DNA of 50,888 bases from a bacterium (GTDB lineage Bacteria; CLD3; SB21). A program made the position numbers and the translations under genes. Position 1 is the stretch's first letter. Each line of letters begins with the position of its first letter. The notes under the pieces are model-generated. The model was not told where the DNA came from and ran no database searches. It saw only the letters and a program-made list of their open reading frames with translations. The stretch spans positions 124,001-174,888 of the forward strand of contig JABWCP010000008.1 in NCBI GenBank assembly GCA_013360215.1, in the 5' to 3' direction. This document shows, one piece after another, positions 18,426-27,086 of this stretch.

Positions 18426-19358
18426 TTAAAGTCCGATATCAATTCTCAATTGCTTTAAATTTAATTCGGCAGAGTACAACTCGCCAACTAAATCGTTTGC
18501 TATAAATTTATATCTATCTTGATATTCCGTAAATGAGTTAATGACCTGAGAGTATTTCTTTGAGTCATTTGCAATTACATATAATCCAACATTTGAATAA
18601 TCCATTAATGTTGCCATTCTGCCAACACCGCTCCAAACCCCCGTCGACAACTCAACTTCAAAAGCATATTCAGGAATATAATTATTACCTCTAGTTTTAA
18701 ACCAAATGACATCAATTTGTCTTAATAAATCATAGTCTGAAAATTGTAACTCGGGACAAGTCTTAAGAGTTGAAACTTCTTCAAGATTCTTGTCGTTAAA
18801 TTTTCTGGATTTATCTGGGCAAAATGTCTGGTACCCCCTTATATTTCCGATTTCTAATAAGCGGCCTTGTAATACCGAATGCAAACTTTCCTCAACAGTT
18901 TTAGGCTTCTCATTTTCATCAAACTTTGGTGGTGATAGAAGTAGATCCCAATTATTGATGAAAGTTTTACATTCAAGCCTATTAGACCTCCCCGATAATA
19001 CTATATTCAGGTCTTGGTCAATGTTGATTTTATATTCTCCATTTCTATCGTGACTAATTTGGTGAAGGTGATTGAAAAGTAATTTTGCAGGAATAATAAC
19101 TATTCTTTCTATTGAGCCACAAATAAAAGCAATGAATGGGTTTTCTAGATTAGCTATTTCTTCAACTGTTATATAGTTAATTCCAAAAAAATATCGCTTA
19201 TTACCATCTGAAGATGCCCTTACTAAAACATTCGCGTCTCCAATCTTGTACGTCCTTGATTTCAAAACTTTAATTAATTCAACATTTGCATTAAACTGCT
19301 TTGCCATTCTTAAAAATGAATTCGCCAATAAGTCTGATGGAGAAATCTTTTTACCCAT
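18426..19358 (-). CDS. Restriction-endonuclease-like protein (PD-(D/E)xK fold, E-x-E variant)
   Basis: C-terminal HSVLQGRLLEIG...QIDVIWF...AFEVELSTG; last gene of an AT-rich, MTase-led operon. Confidence 0.6.
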   Translation of the reverse strand: MGKKISPSDLLANSFLRMAKQFNANVELIKVLKSRTYKIGDANVLVRASSDGNKRYFFGINYITVEEIANLENPFIAFICGSIERIVIIPAKLLFNHLHQISHDRNGEYKINIDQDLNIVLSGRSNRLECKTFINNWDLLLSPPKFDENEKPKTVEESLHSVLQGRLLEIGNIRGYQTFCPDKSRKFNDKNLEEVSTLKTCPELQFSDYDLLRQIDVIWFKTRGNNYIPEYAFEVELSTGVWSGVGRMATLMDYSNVGLYVIANDSKKYSQVINSFTEYQDRYKFIANDLVGELYSAELNLKQLRIDIGL

Positions 19359-19551
19359 TATTGCTTTTATCCATTATTTCTAAGAAAACACCGTAATATA
19401 TGTATCTTAAATTTTCACCTGCACCAAACTCAAGAAGTTTTTTCGCTTTTGTGTACTCTTCTTCGTTCATTTCCCTACCTAAATAATGAAGCGCTTCTTC
19501 ACGCAAATCTTCTTTTGTAATTCTAAATAGAACTTCGTTATCTGCTTCCAT
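19351..19551 (-). CDS. Small hypothetical protein (about 66 aa)
   Basis: MEADNEVLFRITKEDLREEA...; overlaps the start of the downstream nuclease. The ORF-track N-terminal extension is just translated repeat. Confidence 0.6.
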   Translation of the reverse strand: MEADNEVLFRITKEDLREEALHYLGREMNEEEYTKAKKLLEFGAGENLRYIYYGVFLEIMDKSNNG

Positions 19552-19561
19552 AAAAATTTCA

Positions 19562-19611
19562 GTGATTTCGAGATTTTGTGATTTCGAGATTTTGTGATTT
19601 TGTGATTTCGA
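19562..19611 (+). repeat. 8-bp-unit tandem repeat (GTGATTTC / GAGATTTT / GTGATTTT), about 6 units
   Basis: gtgatttc gagatttt gtgatttc gagatttt gtgatttt gtgatttc ga. Confidence 0.92.
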
Positions 19612-19612
19612 A

Positions 19613-20149
19613 TCAAACACTAACCAAATCGTACTTCATGAGTTTACTATTCGATATAAGCGAATTAAACAATGAAACGTCTATACCGACAGCATGCATG
19701 CCTTGCTCCGAGCTTTGAACAAGTGTTGTCCCACTACCGCAAAACGGATCAAGAATCACATCGCCTTCCTTGAAGTAAGTTCGCTTTTTGAAATTATCCG
19801 TATGTTTGTCAATAAAGTATTCTACAAGTTGCGGTATAAATTTTCCTTTATAGGGATGCAACCTGTGAACGTGTTTAGTCGTTTCTGATTCTTTGTATTG
19901 ATCAAATGATAATGCCCAATTTAGATCGGAACCCAAATGATTTTTCCATGAATTTTCGCGATTCCTTTTAAATTCACTATAATAGCTTATAAGTTCTTCC
20001 CGAGAAATAAGCGTAGATCCGTTTTCACCGATTTTTTTTATACGCCCGTATTGAATCAAATAAGCGATATTAGATGTAGATACATCCTTTCCTGTATACT
20101 CTGTAGCCCAATGACTAGCTTCTTTTATTGTAAACAATTTATCTTTCAT
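19613..20149 (-). pseudogene. Truncated amino (N4-C/N6-A) DNA methyltransferase with N-terminal HTH-like region
   Basis: HRLHPYKGKFIPQL and motif I ILDPFCGSGTT are present, but the frame ends about 30 aa later with no S/D/NPPY catalytic motif. Confidence 0.8.
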
Positions 20150-20169
20150 ACATGTCCGTTTATTTGCCA

Positions 20170-20649
20170 CTACCTTACTTTATATTCGCGTTGTTCGGTA
20201 CGCTTCTGATCTTTTTTCGCTATGGCTTCACGTTTATCGTACAGTTTTTTTCCGCGTGCTACGGCAAGCTGGACTTTGATGCGGTTACGCTCGTTGAAAT
20301 AAACCGACAGCGGTACCAGTGTCATGCCCTTTTCCTGGACTTGCCGTTCGAGTTTACGAATCTGCACCCGATGCAAAAGTAGTTTACGCGGACGGTATTC
20401 TTCATGATTATTGTAGTTGGCTTGTTTGTATTCGGGAATGTGCATGTGATATAATATGACTTCACCGTTTTCGATGCGCGCATGGCAGTCCTGAATATTG
20501 ATTTTACCTTCCCGTAAAACCTTGACCTCACTCCCGGTCAGCGCAATACCTGCTTCCAGTGTATCAATAATTTCAAATTCAAATCGCGCTTTGCGATTGG
20601 TCGCAATAGATTTGTATTCGTATTTCTTTTTTTCCGTTGCCGTCGCCAT
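20170..20649 (-). CDS. smpB: SsrA-binding protein
   Basis: NRKARFEF, EAGIALTGSEVK, RKLLLH and GKKLYDKRE. Confidence 0.98.
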   Translation of the reverse strand: MATATEKKKYEYKSIATNRKARFEFEIIDTLEAGIALTGSEVKVLREGKINIQDCHARIENGEVILYHMHIPEYKQANYNNHEEYRPRKLLLHRVQIRKLERQVQEKGMTLVPLSVYFNERNRIKVQLAVARGKKLYDKREAIAKKDQKRTEQREYKVR

Positions 20650-20652
20650 AGA

Positions 20653-21594
20653 TTATTCGATCCGTTCTTTGACGGGCACTTCCTTCTGACGGTTAAAATT
20701 ATGAACGAGCATTTCGCCGATCAGACCGGTGGATATGATCTGAAATCCGATCATAATCAGAAGAATGCCCAAAAATAAAATCGGACGCTGACCTATGGGC
20801 GTACCCAAAAACCAATCAAGCGACAAATAACCGCAAATGCCGAGCCCGGCTAAAAGTGATAGCGATCCAAAAAAACCAAAAAAATGCAAAGGGCGTTTGA
20901 CGTAGCGCGTCAAAAATACGACCGTGATCAGATCGAGAAATCCTTTGAGAAAACGTGATAATCCGAACTTGCTTTGACCATATTTGCGCGGATGATGATG
21001 CACGACGATTTCCGTGATGCGACGATAACCTTCCCATTTTGCCAAAACCGGTATGTAACGGTGCAATTCGCCGTACAAATTGACATCCTTGACCACTTCG
21101 CGCCGATATGCCTTGAGGCCACAGTTGAAATCATGCAAACGAATTCCACTCATCACGCGGGTCACAAAATTAAAAAAACGCGACGGAATGGTTTTGGAAA
21201 CCGGATCATGACGCACCTTTTTCCAACCGGAAACTAAATCGTTCCCGTCCTGAAGTTTATTAACCAGATGAGGTATTTCTTCCGGATCATCCTGCAGATC
21301 GGCATCCATCGTGATCACATACGTACCCGTCGCCATTTTGAACCCCTCGGACAAAGCCGTAGATTTTCCGAAGTTTTTTCTAAATCGCAATGCTTTGACG
21401 GCGGCGTACTGTTGTTTGAGTTTTTGAATCACGGTATACGAATTATCCGTGCTGCCGTCATCGACGAAAATGATTTCATACACCACACCCATGCGGGTCG
21501 CGACGGTATGAATTTTTTCCGTGAGTTCGGGCAAAGATTCTTCTTCATTAAATAGCGGTATGACAACGCTAATGGAATAGTTGGAATCGGTCAC
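20653..21594 (-). CDS. GT2 polyprenyl-phosphate glycosyltransferase (ArnC/GtrB-like)
   Basis: VDDGSTD, RKNFGKS, MDADLQDDP, DFNCGLKAYR; two C-terminal TM helices. Confidence 0.92.
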   Translation of the reverse strand: MTDSNYSISVVIPLFNEEESLPELTEKIHTVATRMGVVYEIIFVDDGSTDNSYTVIQKLKQQYAAVKALRFRKNFGKSTALSEGFKMATGTYVITMDADLQDDPEEIPHLVNKLQDGNDLVSGWKKVRHDPVSKTIPSRFFNFVTRVMSGIRLHDFNCGLKAYRREVVKDVNLYGELHRYIPVLAKWEGYRRITEIVVHHHPRKYGQSKFGLSRFLKGFLDLITVVFLTRYVKRPLHFFGFFGSLSLLAGLGICGYLSLDWFLGTPIGQRPILFLGILLIMIGFQIISTGLIGEMLVHNFNRQKEVPVKERIE

Positions 21595-21606
21595 GCGGGT
21601 ATCCTG

Positions 21607-22428
21607 TTATTGCATCTCCACGATATCTATGTCGCGGGGATATTTGATTTTAAATATACTGCTGTTAAAAGATTCATTGACCGTACGCATATCAAAAAAC
21701 AAGCTCAAAAGATCTTGTTCACGCGGTCGCACGAGACGAACGTACTTAGGAAAATATCGCCCGTCAATTTTTTGAAACCGCGAAAATTCGCGCTCGACGG
21801 ATACATCGCCGGTCGAATCGTAATCCACGATACGGCTGACGGCAAATTGGGCGTACGGATCAAACCATATTTTACGATGGCCTTCGCCGGTAGTAAACTG
21901 CATAACAAAATAAGTATCATCCGCCGAAAATTCGCGCAGACGCACCAGCTCGGATTCCGGCACGCGCGGTAATCCGACCAAAAGCTCAACAAGTTCCTCA
22001 TAATTGACATTGTAATCAAACGTGCGCCGAATCGCCGACGCACTGGTTTTGCCGATAATGACTTGTTTGTTGATAATATTATACACCACAAACGATTCCC
22101 GATTGAGCGACGCCTTGACGCCGTCTATACCGAGCATGCCTTCGATTTTGATATACACCGAATCCGGTAAACGAATAGCGATCTGCGCCGTAAACTGTCC
22201 GCCGCTCTTGGGCGATTCGACATTCATCGTAGCCACCGATTTGATATGACGAATCTTAGCCGCATTTTCATTGCATCGGCGAAGAACTTCCAACGGATTG
22301 ACGGACGTAATATCCACAGGTTGGCGAATCACTTCTTTGGGTGCGCCGCATCCGCTAAATAGGATCAAAGCTATTAAACCAAAGAAAACCAAAAAAAATG
22401 TACGATGATGTTCAGTGCGATAGTGCAT
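21607..22428 (-). CDS. DUF4292-like lipoprotein
   Basis: Lipobox LFSGC; LolA/LolB-like beta-rich sequence; follows a TPR lipoprotein. Confidence 0.7.
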   Translation of the reverse strand: MHYRTEHHRTFFLVFFGLIALILFSGCGAPKEVIRQPVDITSVNPLEVLRRCNENAAKIRHIKSVATMNVESPKSGGQFTAQIAIRLPDSVYIKIEGMLGIDGVKASLNRESFVVYNIINKQVIIGKTSASAIRRTFDYNVNYEELVELLVGLPRVPESELVRLREFSADDTYFVMQFTTGEGHRKIWFDPYAQFAVSRIVDYDSTGDVSVEREFSRFQKIDGRYFPKYVRLVRPREQDLLSLFFDMRTVNESFNSSIFKIKYPRDIDIVEMQ

Positions 22429-23803
22429 TTATTTTTTCCGTGAGCATAGAATTATCAGGATTGATCGTAAGCGCTTTTTGAAAAGCCGATAACGCGTCTT
22501 TGGTATTTCCCAATTTATGATGAATTTCGCCCAGATGCGTCCATACTTCTTCACTGTTGGGATGAACTGCAACAGCGCGCTGCGTATAGATAAGCGCTTG
22601 GGCATACTCTTCTTGTTGAAACAAAACCCAACCCATCGTGTCCAAATAATGACCGTTGTCGGGCGCTTTTTTGAGCGCTTTTTCGATCATTTGCCGCGCT
22701 TTCTCCAACCGGGTTCTGCGTTCAGCCAAACTGTAACTGTAATTATTAAGTATCACTTCGTTGTTCGGTTCAAAAACAAGAATGCGTTCGAATACGCTAT
22801 CCGATTGAGTGAACCGCTTTTGATTCTGATAAATCGGCGCCAGAAGATTCATCGTCAGTAAATCGCGGCCATTGATCATGGATGCGCGCTCCAGTACATC
22901 CAACGCTTCGACGGAACGTTTGAGCTGCACCAAGGCAAAACCTAACGAGCGAAGAAAATCAAAATTATTAGGCTGCAGCCGGTCCGCATGACGAAAAGCG
23001 CGTACGGCTTTTTCATAATTACCGCTCTGGATAGACAGCAGTCCGACACTGGCATGCACCTGGAGATTGTCTTCTTGAAGCTCGGCAAGCGATTCGTAAA
23101 TTTCGATCGCTTTAGGAATTTCTTTATTAAAACGGTATGCCATGGCCAGCGCCGATAGTATTTCCGTATTATTGGGATCGCTGCTGCGTGCCCTGTGATA
23201 TACATCCACGGCCTTATCGTACGCACGGGAGCGCATGTAGATTTCACCCAGTTTCAATGAAAGCAGCGTATTCGCGCCGATAACGTCCAGCAACCTTGCG
23301 TAATGTACCGCCGCTTCTTTGGCTTTGCCTTGCACTTCGTATATCGTGATGAGCCGGTAATGCGCATCAATATTCGATGGATACCTCCGGCTCAGCAGTT
23401 CTAATGTTTGAATGGCTTTATCAAAATTATGCTGACGGATATGAATGTCCGCCAAAACTTCCAGTGCATCCGGATTAAAAGGATCTTTGATCAGCACGCG
23501 CTGAACAAGTACTAGCGCTTCATCGTAACGCCCGAGTTCCAAATAATCTTCCGCCAGCGCGTTGGATACGGGTAATGCATTGCTGTCGCTGAGAAGAGCA
23601 AAGCGGTAGTGCATTTCGGCTTCGCCAAATTCGCCGGACATATCGGCAATCAATGCATCCACTAAATGCTGAACGGCCACCGGCTTGTATGCATCGTAAC
23701 GCGAATCCTGTGTACCGATCTGCGAATGCATACGCGAACCACAACTCCAAAGGAGCGGCAAAATCAAAAGAAAGACAGATGTCTTATAAATACGGTGTCG
23801 CAT
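22412..23803 (-). CDS. TPR-repeat lipoprotein
   Basis: Lipobox LWSC, multiple TPRs, LNNYSYSLA and YLDTMGWV; the ORF track extends to 23833. Confidence 0.88.
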   Translation of the reverse strand: MRHRIYKTSVFLLILPLLWSCGSRMHSQIGTQDSRYDAYKPVAVQHLVDALIADMSGEFGEAEMHYRFALLSDSNALPVSNALAEDYLELGRYDEALVLVQRVLIKDPFNPDALEVLADIHIRQHNFDKAIQTLELLSRRYPSNIDAHYRLITIYEVQGKAKEAAVHYARLLDVIGANTLLSLKLGEIYMRSRAYDKAVDVYHRARSSDPNNTEILSALAMAYRFNKEIPKAIEIYESLAELQEDNLQVHASVGLLSIQSGNYEKAVRAFRHADRLQPNNFDFLRSLGFALVQLKRSVEALDVLERASMINGRDLLTMNLLAPIYQNQKRFTQSDSVFERILVFEPNNEVILNNYSYSLAERRTRLEKARQMIEKALKKAPDNGHYLDTMGWVLFQQEEYAQALIYTQRAVAVHPNSEEVWTHLGEIHHKLGNTKDALSAFQKALTINPDNSMLTEKINALSH

Positions 23804-23847
23804 AAAAACAGATCGTGTTATAAACAAATACATTGGTCGGAATTTTT

Positions 23848-24183
23848 TCAGGCTACAATCAGATCGTCCGGTACTTCGATTTCCATTTCAAGTAAACCCA
23901 TACCGTGGGTTTTGCCCTGAGCATCGGTTTTAAGGCTTTCCGTACCGCCACCGCCGAGCGAATCATGAATGATGAAATTAAGCGCTAAAAGATTGGGCAC
24001 TTCATAACGATCCACCGGGCCATTGGCGATTTTAGAAAAATGCCGACGTACGGCCTCGGGTGTCACCTGTGCACACAAGATAGGATAATATTCTTGTTTG
24101 TAAGCGATAAGTCCGACATTGGAACTGTCTCCTTTATCGCCGCTGCGCGCATGCGCTATTTTTTTGAGCTGTATTTTTTTCAA
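23848..24183 (-). CDS. AtuA-related small protein (ferredoxin-like domain)
   Basis: AHARSGDKGD, LGGGG and DAQGK motifs; TTG start overlaps the xseB stop (TTGA). Confidence 0.82.
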   Translation of the reverse strand: MKKIQLKKIAHARSGDKGDSSNVGLIAYKQEYYPILCAQVTPEAVRRHFSKIANGPVDRYEVPNLLALNFIIHDSLGGGGTESLKTDAQGKTHGMGLLEMEIEVPDDLIVA

Positions 24184-24437
24184 ACTGCTTCCTCGTCCTC
24201 TTCTTCGAGCGTATAGTTGCCGTCTTTGTCTTTGATCAGAATTTTGAGTTTTTGCTCCGCCGTATTGAGTTTCGCCTGGCAAAACTCTACCAATTTCATC
24301 CCGCGCTCAAACTTCACCAACGTTTCATCCAAAGGGACATCACCGTGTTCCAATGCGTCCACGATCGTTTCAAGTTCTTTGAGCGAGGTCTCAAACGTGG
24401 TCTCGGATGATTCTTCGTTTTGTTTCTTTTTACTCAT
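24180..24437 (-). CDS. xseB: Exodeoxyribonuclease VII small subunit
   Basis: FETSLKELETIVDALEHGDVPLDETLVKFERGMKL...C...LNTAEQK; ATG at 24437. Confidence 0.95.
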   Translation of the reverse strand: MSKKKQNEESSETTFETSLKELETIVDALEHGDVPLDETLVKFERGMKLVEFCQAKLNTAEQKLKILIKDKDGNYTLEEEDEEAV

Positions 24438-24658
24438 AGGTATCACCTTACAAATCGCCATTATAATAATCATTCCCATCATCGTTTGCAACGATGTTCA
24501 ATGAATAACGGGACACAATGAGTCCTCTTAACCCTCCGGTTTTTGAATTAAAAAAGTAATTCATTTTACTAATTTTTTATTGTTGTGCTGAACGGTCTTA
24601 TGTATCTTGGCGCTGGTAACCGTTTTTTTTTAATGGAATCGAAACCGCAGGAGAACGT

Positions 24659-26497
24659 ATGGTACTTCGGATAGCTCTATGGTTGTGTGTGGCATGGCCG
24701 ACGATGGCGCAAATCAAGGTCGTGGTATTCCCTTTTCACAATACCACACAGGCACAAAAAAATGATTGGCTTTCGCACGGTTTTGCCGAAGCGCTCAATA
24801 CGGAATTAGCCAAAGACACGGCACTGGATGTGATTGACCGAACCGATGTATTGGCGGAAATCAAATCCAAAGGATGGAAACAAGCCGATATCAAAGACGA
24901 AGCTAAAGCGATGGCTGTTGCACGTTCATTGGAAGCCAACCGCATGGTGTATGGTGTATTTGACGTTAAAGATTCTTCGATCAAAGTATTGACCAAATTT
25001 TTTGATCTCCGCACCGGCGTGGCCGACGGAAAAAACACATACATCGGTGAAGGCAAATTTACGACGAATAATGTGTATGCCATGTACGGCCAGATTACCA
25101 ATAAAGCGCTTGTGAGTTTCGGCCGTAAGACCATTGATGAAATCGGCGGCCCGACAAAAGGCGCTATCAACGTGGATGCATACGAACCCTATATCAAAGG
25201 TATTCTCAAGTACGATGAAAGCAGCACGGTGGATGATTACAACAAGGCCATCGAAATGCTGACGCAAGCCGCTACCATTGATACGGGATTTGCACTCGCC
25301 TACGCAGGCATTGCCAAAGCCTACGCTAAAATCGCACGCATTCAGGATGTCAGCGGCAAATTGACCGAAAAGGAAGAAAGCTATAATAAGGCCCTCGAAG
25401 CCGGATTGCGCGCCGTACGCATTGATAAACGCCTTGCCGTCGGATGGACAGCACTGGCGCTCACGTACCGCGAACTGAAAGATCGCGATAAACTCATTGA
25501 AGCGGCACGTAAAGCCGTTCAAATCCGCGTTTCGCAATACGATGCCTACGATATGATCGCGGATGCGTTTTCACCGAGCTTTTTCCCTCAATACAAAATT
25601 ATCGATTCGTCCATTTTTTATCGCAAAAAAAGCGTGACGTACAATACGAAATTTGCTTCCGGATTTCGCGGATTAGGCGGCGACTACATGGATAAAGGCG
25701 ATTATAAAAATGCCGAACAGGCGTTCCAAAAAGCCGTCAGTATCAACCCCAAACATGCGGGTTCACGCGATCGCTTAGGTCAAATCTATTTCGCGCAGGG
25801 CGATTACATCAAAGCCAAAGATAATTTTTCTGAAGCGATTCGCTTAGACGCCAAAACACCGTTCGGATACACGCATCTTGCCGATGTACTCTATATGGAA
25901 GGAAAATATGCCGAAGCCATAGCCGCTTATGATTCGGCTCTGCATCATAATCCCAAGTTTGCGATGGCGCATTACGGTCTGGCATGGACGTTACTCAGTT
26001 CCAAACAACGCGCGTTAAGGGATTCCGTCCGGGCGCTCGCGCACGCGACTCAAGCCGTGGAAATCAGCGGGCAAAAAAATGCCGCCTTCTTATCTATGCT
26101 GGCCGAAGCTCAATTTGCCAACGGCAACAAAGAGAAAGCCATCGAAACGATTGGTTTGGCACGTGCGTTGGATTCGGCCAATACGGACTACGAATTGGCC
26201 GAAACACGTTATGCAGGAAAAGAGAAATCCGGCGATTACGCATACGCAATGCGTCGCGGTCAGATGTTCTGGAAACAAGGACGCGGTGCGGACGGTGTAA
26301 AAGAGTTTGAAGAAGCCAATAAATTAAGCCCTAAAAATGTTCACGTGCTGTTGGGATTGGCTCGTTATTACGATCAGGACAAACAATACAAAAAAGCGTT
26401 TGACCATTATTTTCTTGCACGCGCCTGCGATTGGGATAAAAAATACGTCAAACAAATTCAGGAACGAATGAACGCGTTGGAAAAGCATTCCAAATAA
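24659..26497 (+). CDS. Secreted TPR protein with N-terminal CsgG/TolB_N-like domain
   Basis: Signal peptide, VVVFPFHN...WLSHGFAEAL...VIDR, then many TPRs; AGGAG RBS. Confidence 0.8.
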   Translation: MVLRIALWLCVAWPTMAQIKVVVFPFHNTTQAQKNDWLSHGFAEALNTELAKDTALDVIDRTDVLAEIKSKGWKQADIKDEAKAMAVARSLEANRMVYGVFDVKDSSIKVLTKFFDLRTGVADGKNTYIGEGKFTTNNVYAMYGQITNKALVSFGRKTIDEIGGPTKGAINVDAYEPYIKGILKYDESSTVDDYNKAIEMLTQAATIDTGFALAYAGIAKAYAKIARIQDVSGKLTEKEESYNKALEAGLRAVRIDKRLAVGWTALALTYRELKDRDKLIEAARKAVQIRVSQYDAYDMIADAFSPSFFPQYKIIDSSIFYRKKSVTYNTKFASGFRGLGGDYMDKGDYKNAEQAFQKAVSINPKHAGSRDRLGQIYFAQGDYIKAKDNFSEAIRLDAKTPFGYTHLADVLYMEGKYAEAIAAYDSALHHNPKFAMAHYGLAWTLLSSKQRALRDSVRALAHATQAVEISGQKNAAFLSMLAEAQFANGNKEKAIETIGLARALDSANTDYELAETRYAGKEKSGDYAYAMRRGQMFWKQGRGADGVKEFEEANKLSPKNVHVLLGLARYYDQDKQYKKAFDHYFLARACDWDKKYVKQIQERMNALEKHSK

Positions 26498-26512
26498 AGC
26501 TTCAGTTCACGT

Positions 26513-26554
26513 ATAAAAAAACCCTCAAACAGTTTTGTTTGAGGGTTTTTTTAT
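26513..26554. terminator. Bidirectional rho-independent terminator
   Basis: ATAAAAAAACCCTCAAACA-gttt-TGTTTGAGGGTTTTTTTAT between convergent genes. Confidence 0.92.
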
Positions 26555-26555
26555 T

Positions 26556-26930
26556 TCACATCCAAAACGCATTTTCGATATGCCGGATTTCTTCGCCGTC
26601 GCTTCGGAGGCGCACCGTGATCAGATCAAAGCGGCAATCTTTTTCAGGTGCGGGATATTTGGCCAAGTAATATTCGGCGGCTTGTTTTAAAAATTTTTGC
26701 TTTTTGGGCGTAAGCCATGTTTCCGGTTCGCCAAAGGCTGATTCGTCATGCCGCCGGAGATCGGTGGTTTTGACTTCCACGATGACGATAAAAGTTTTTG
26801 ACTCCGCGACAATATCCAGTTCCCCATTGCGAAACCGAAAATGCCGATGTCTTATATCGTATCCCTTCTGTTTTAAAAAAATTTCGGCCAGATTTTCGCC
26901 GTGCGTTCCGGTGTCTGTAGCGTGACTCAT
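26556..26930 (-). CDS. yraN: YraN/UPF0102 family endonuclease-like protein
   Basis: G-xx-GE-xx-A, GELDIVA, VEVK and CRFDL. Confidence 0.92.
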   Translation of the reverse strand: MSHATDTGTHGENLAEIFLKQKGYDIRHRHFRFRNGELDIVAESKTFIVIVEVKTTDLRRHDESAFGEPETWLTPKKQKFLKQAAEYYLAKYPAPEKDCRFDLITVRLRSDGEEIRHIENAFWM

Positions 26931-27086
26931 GATGGGATACCGAAAATCCTTCTGTAAATTGCTCGTACGAACATAAAGACAGAAAGGTTTGTGCCGATTA
27001 CCGTTTCGGATAAACTCGCATTAAGTGGTTTCGTACGATAAAAATAAAGAACTATGTGAAAAAATAAATTTTTTCGCAGTAAAACT

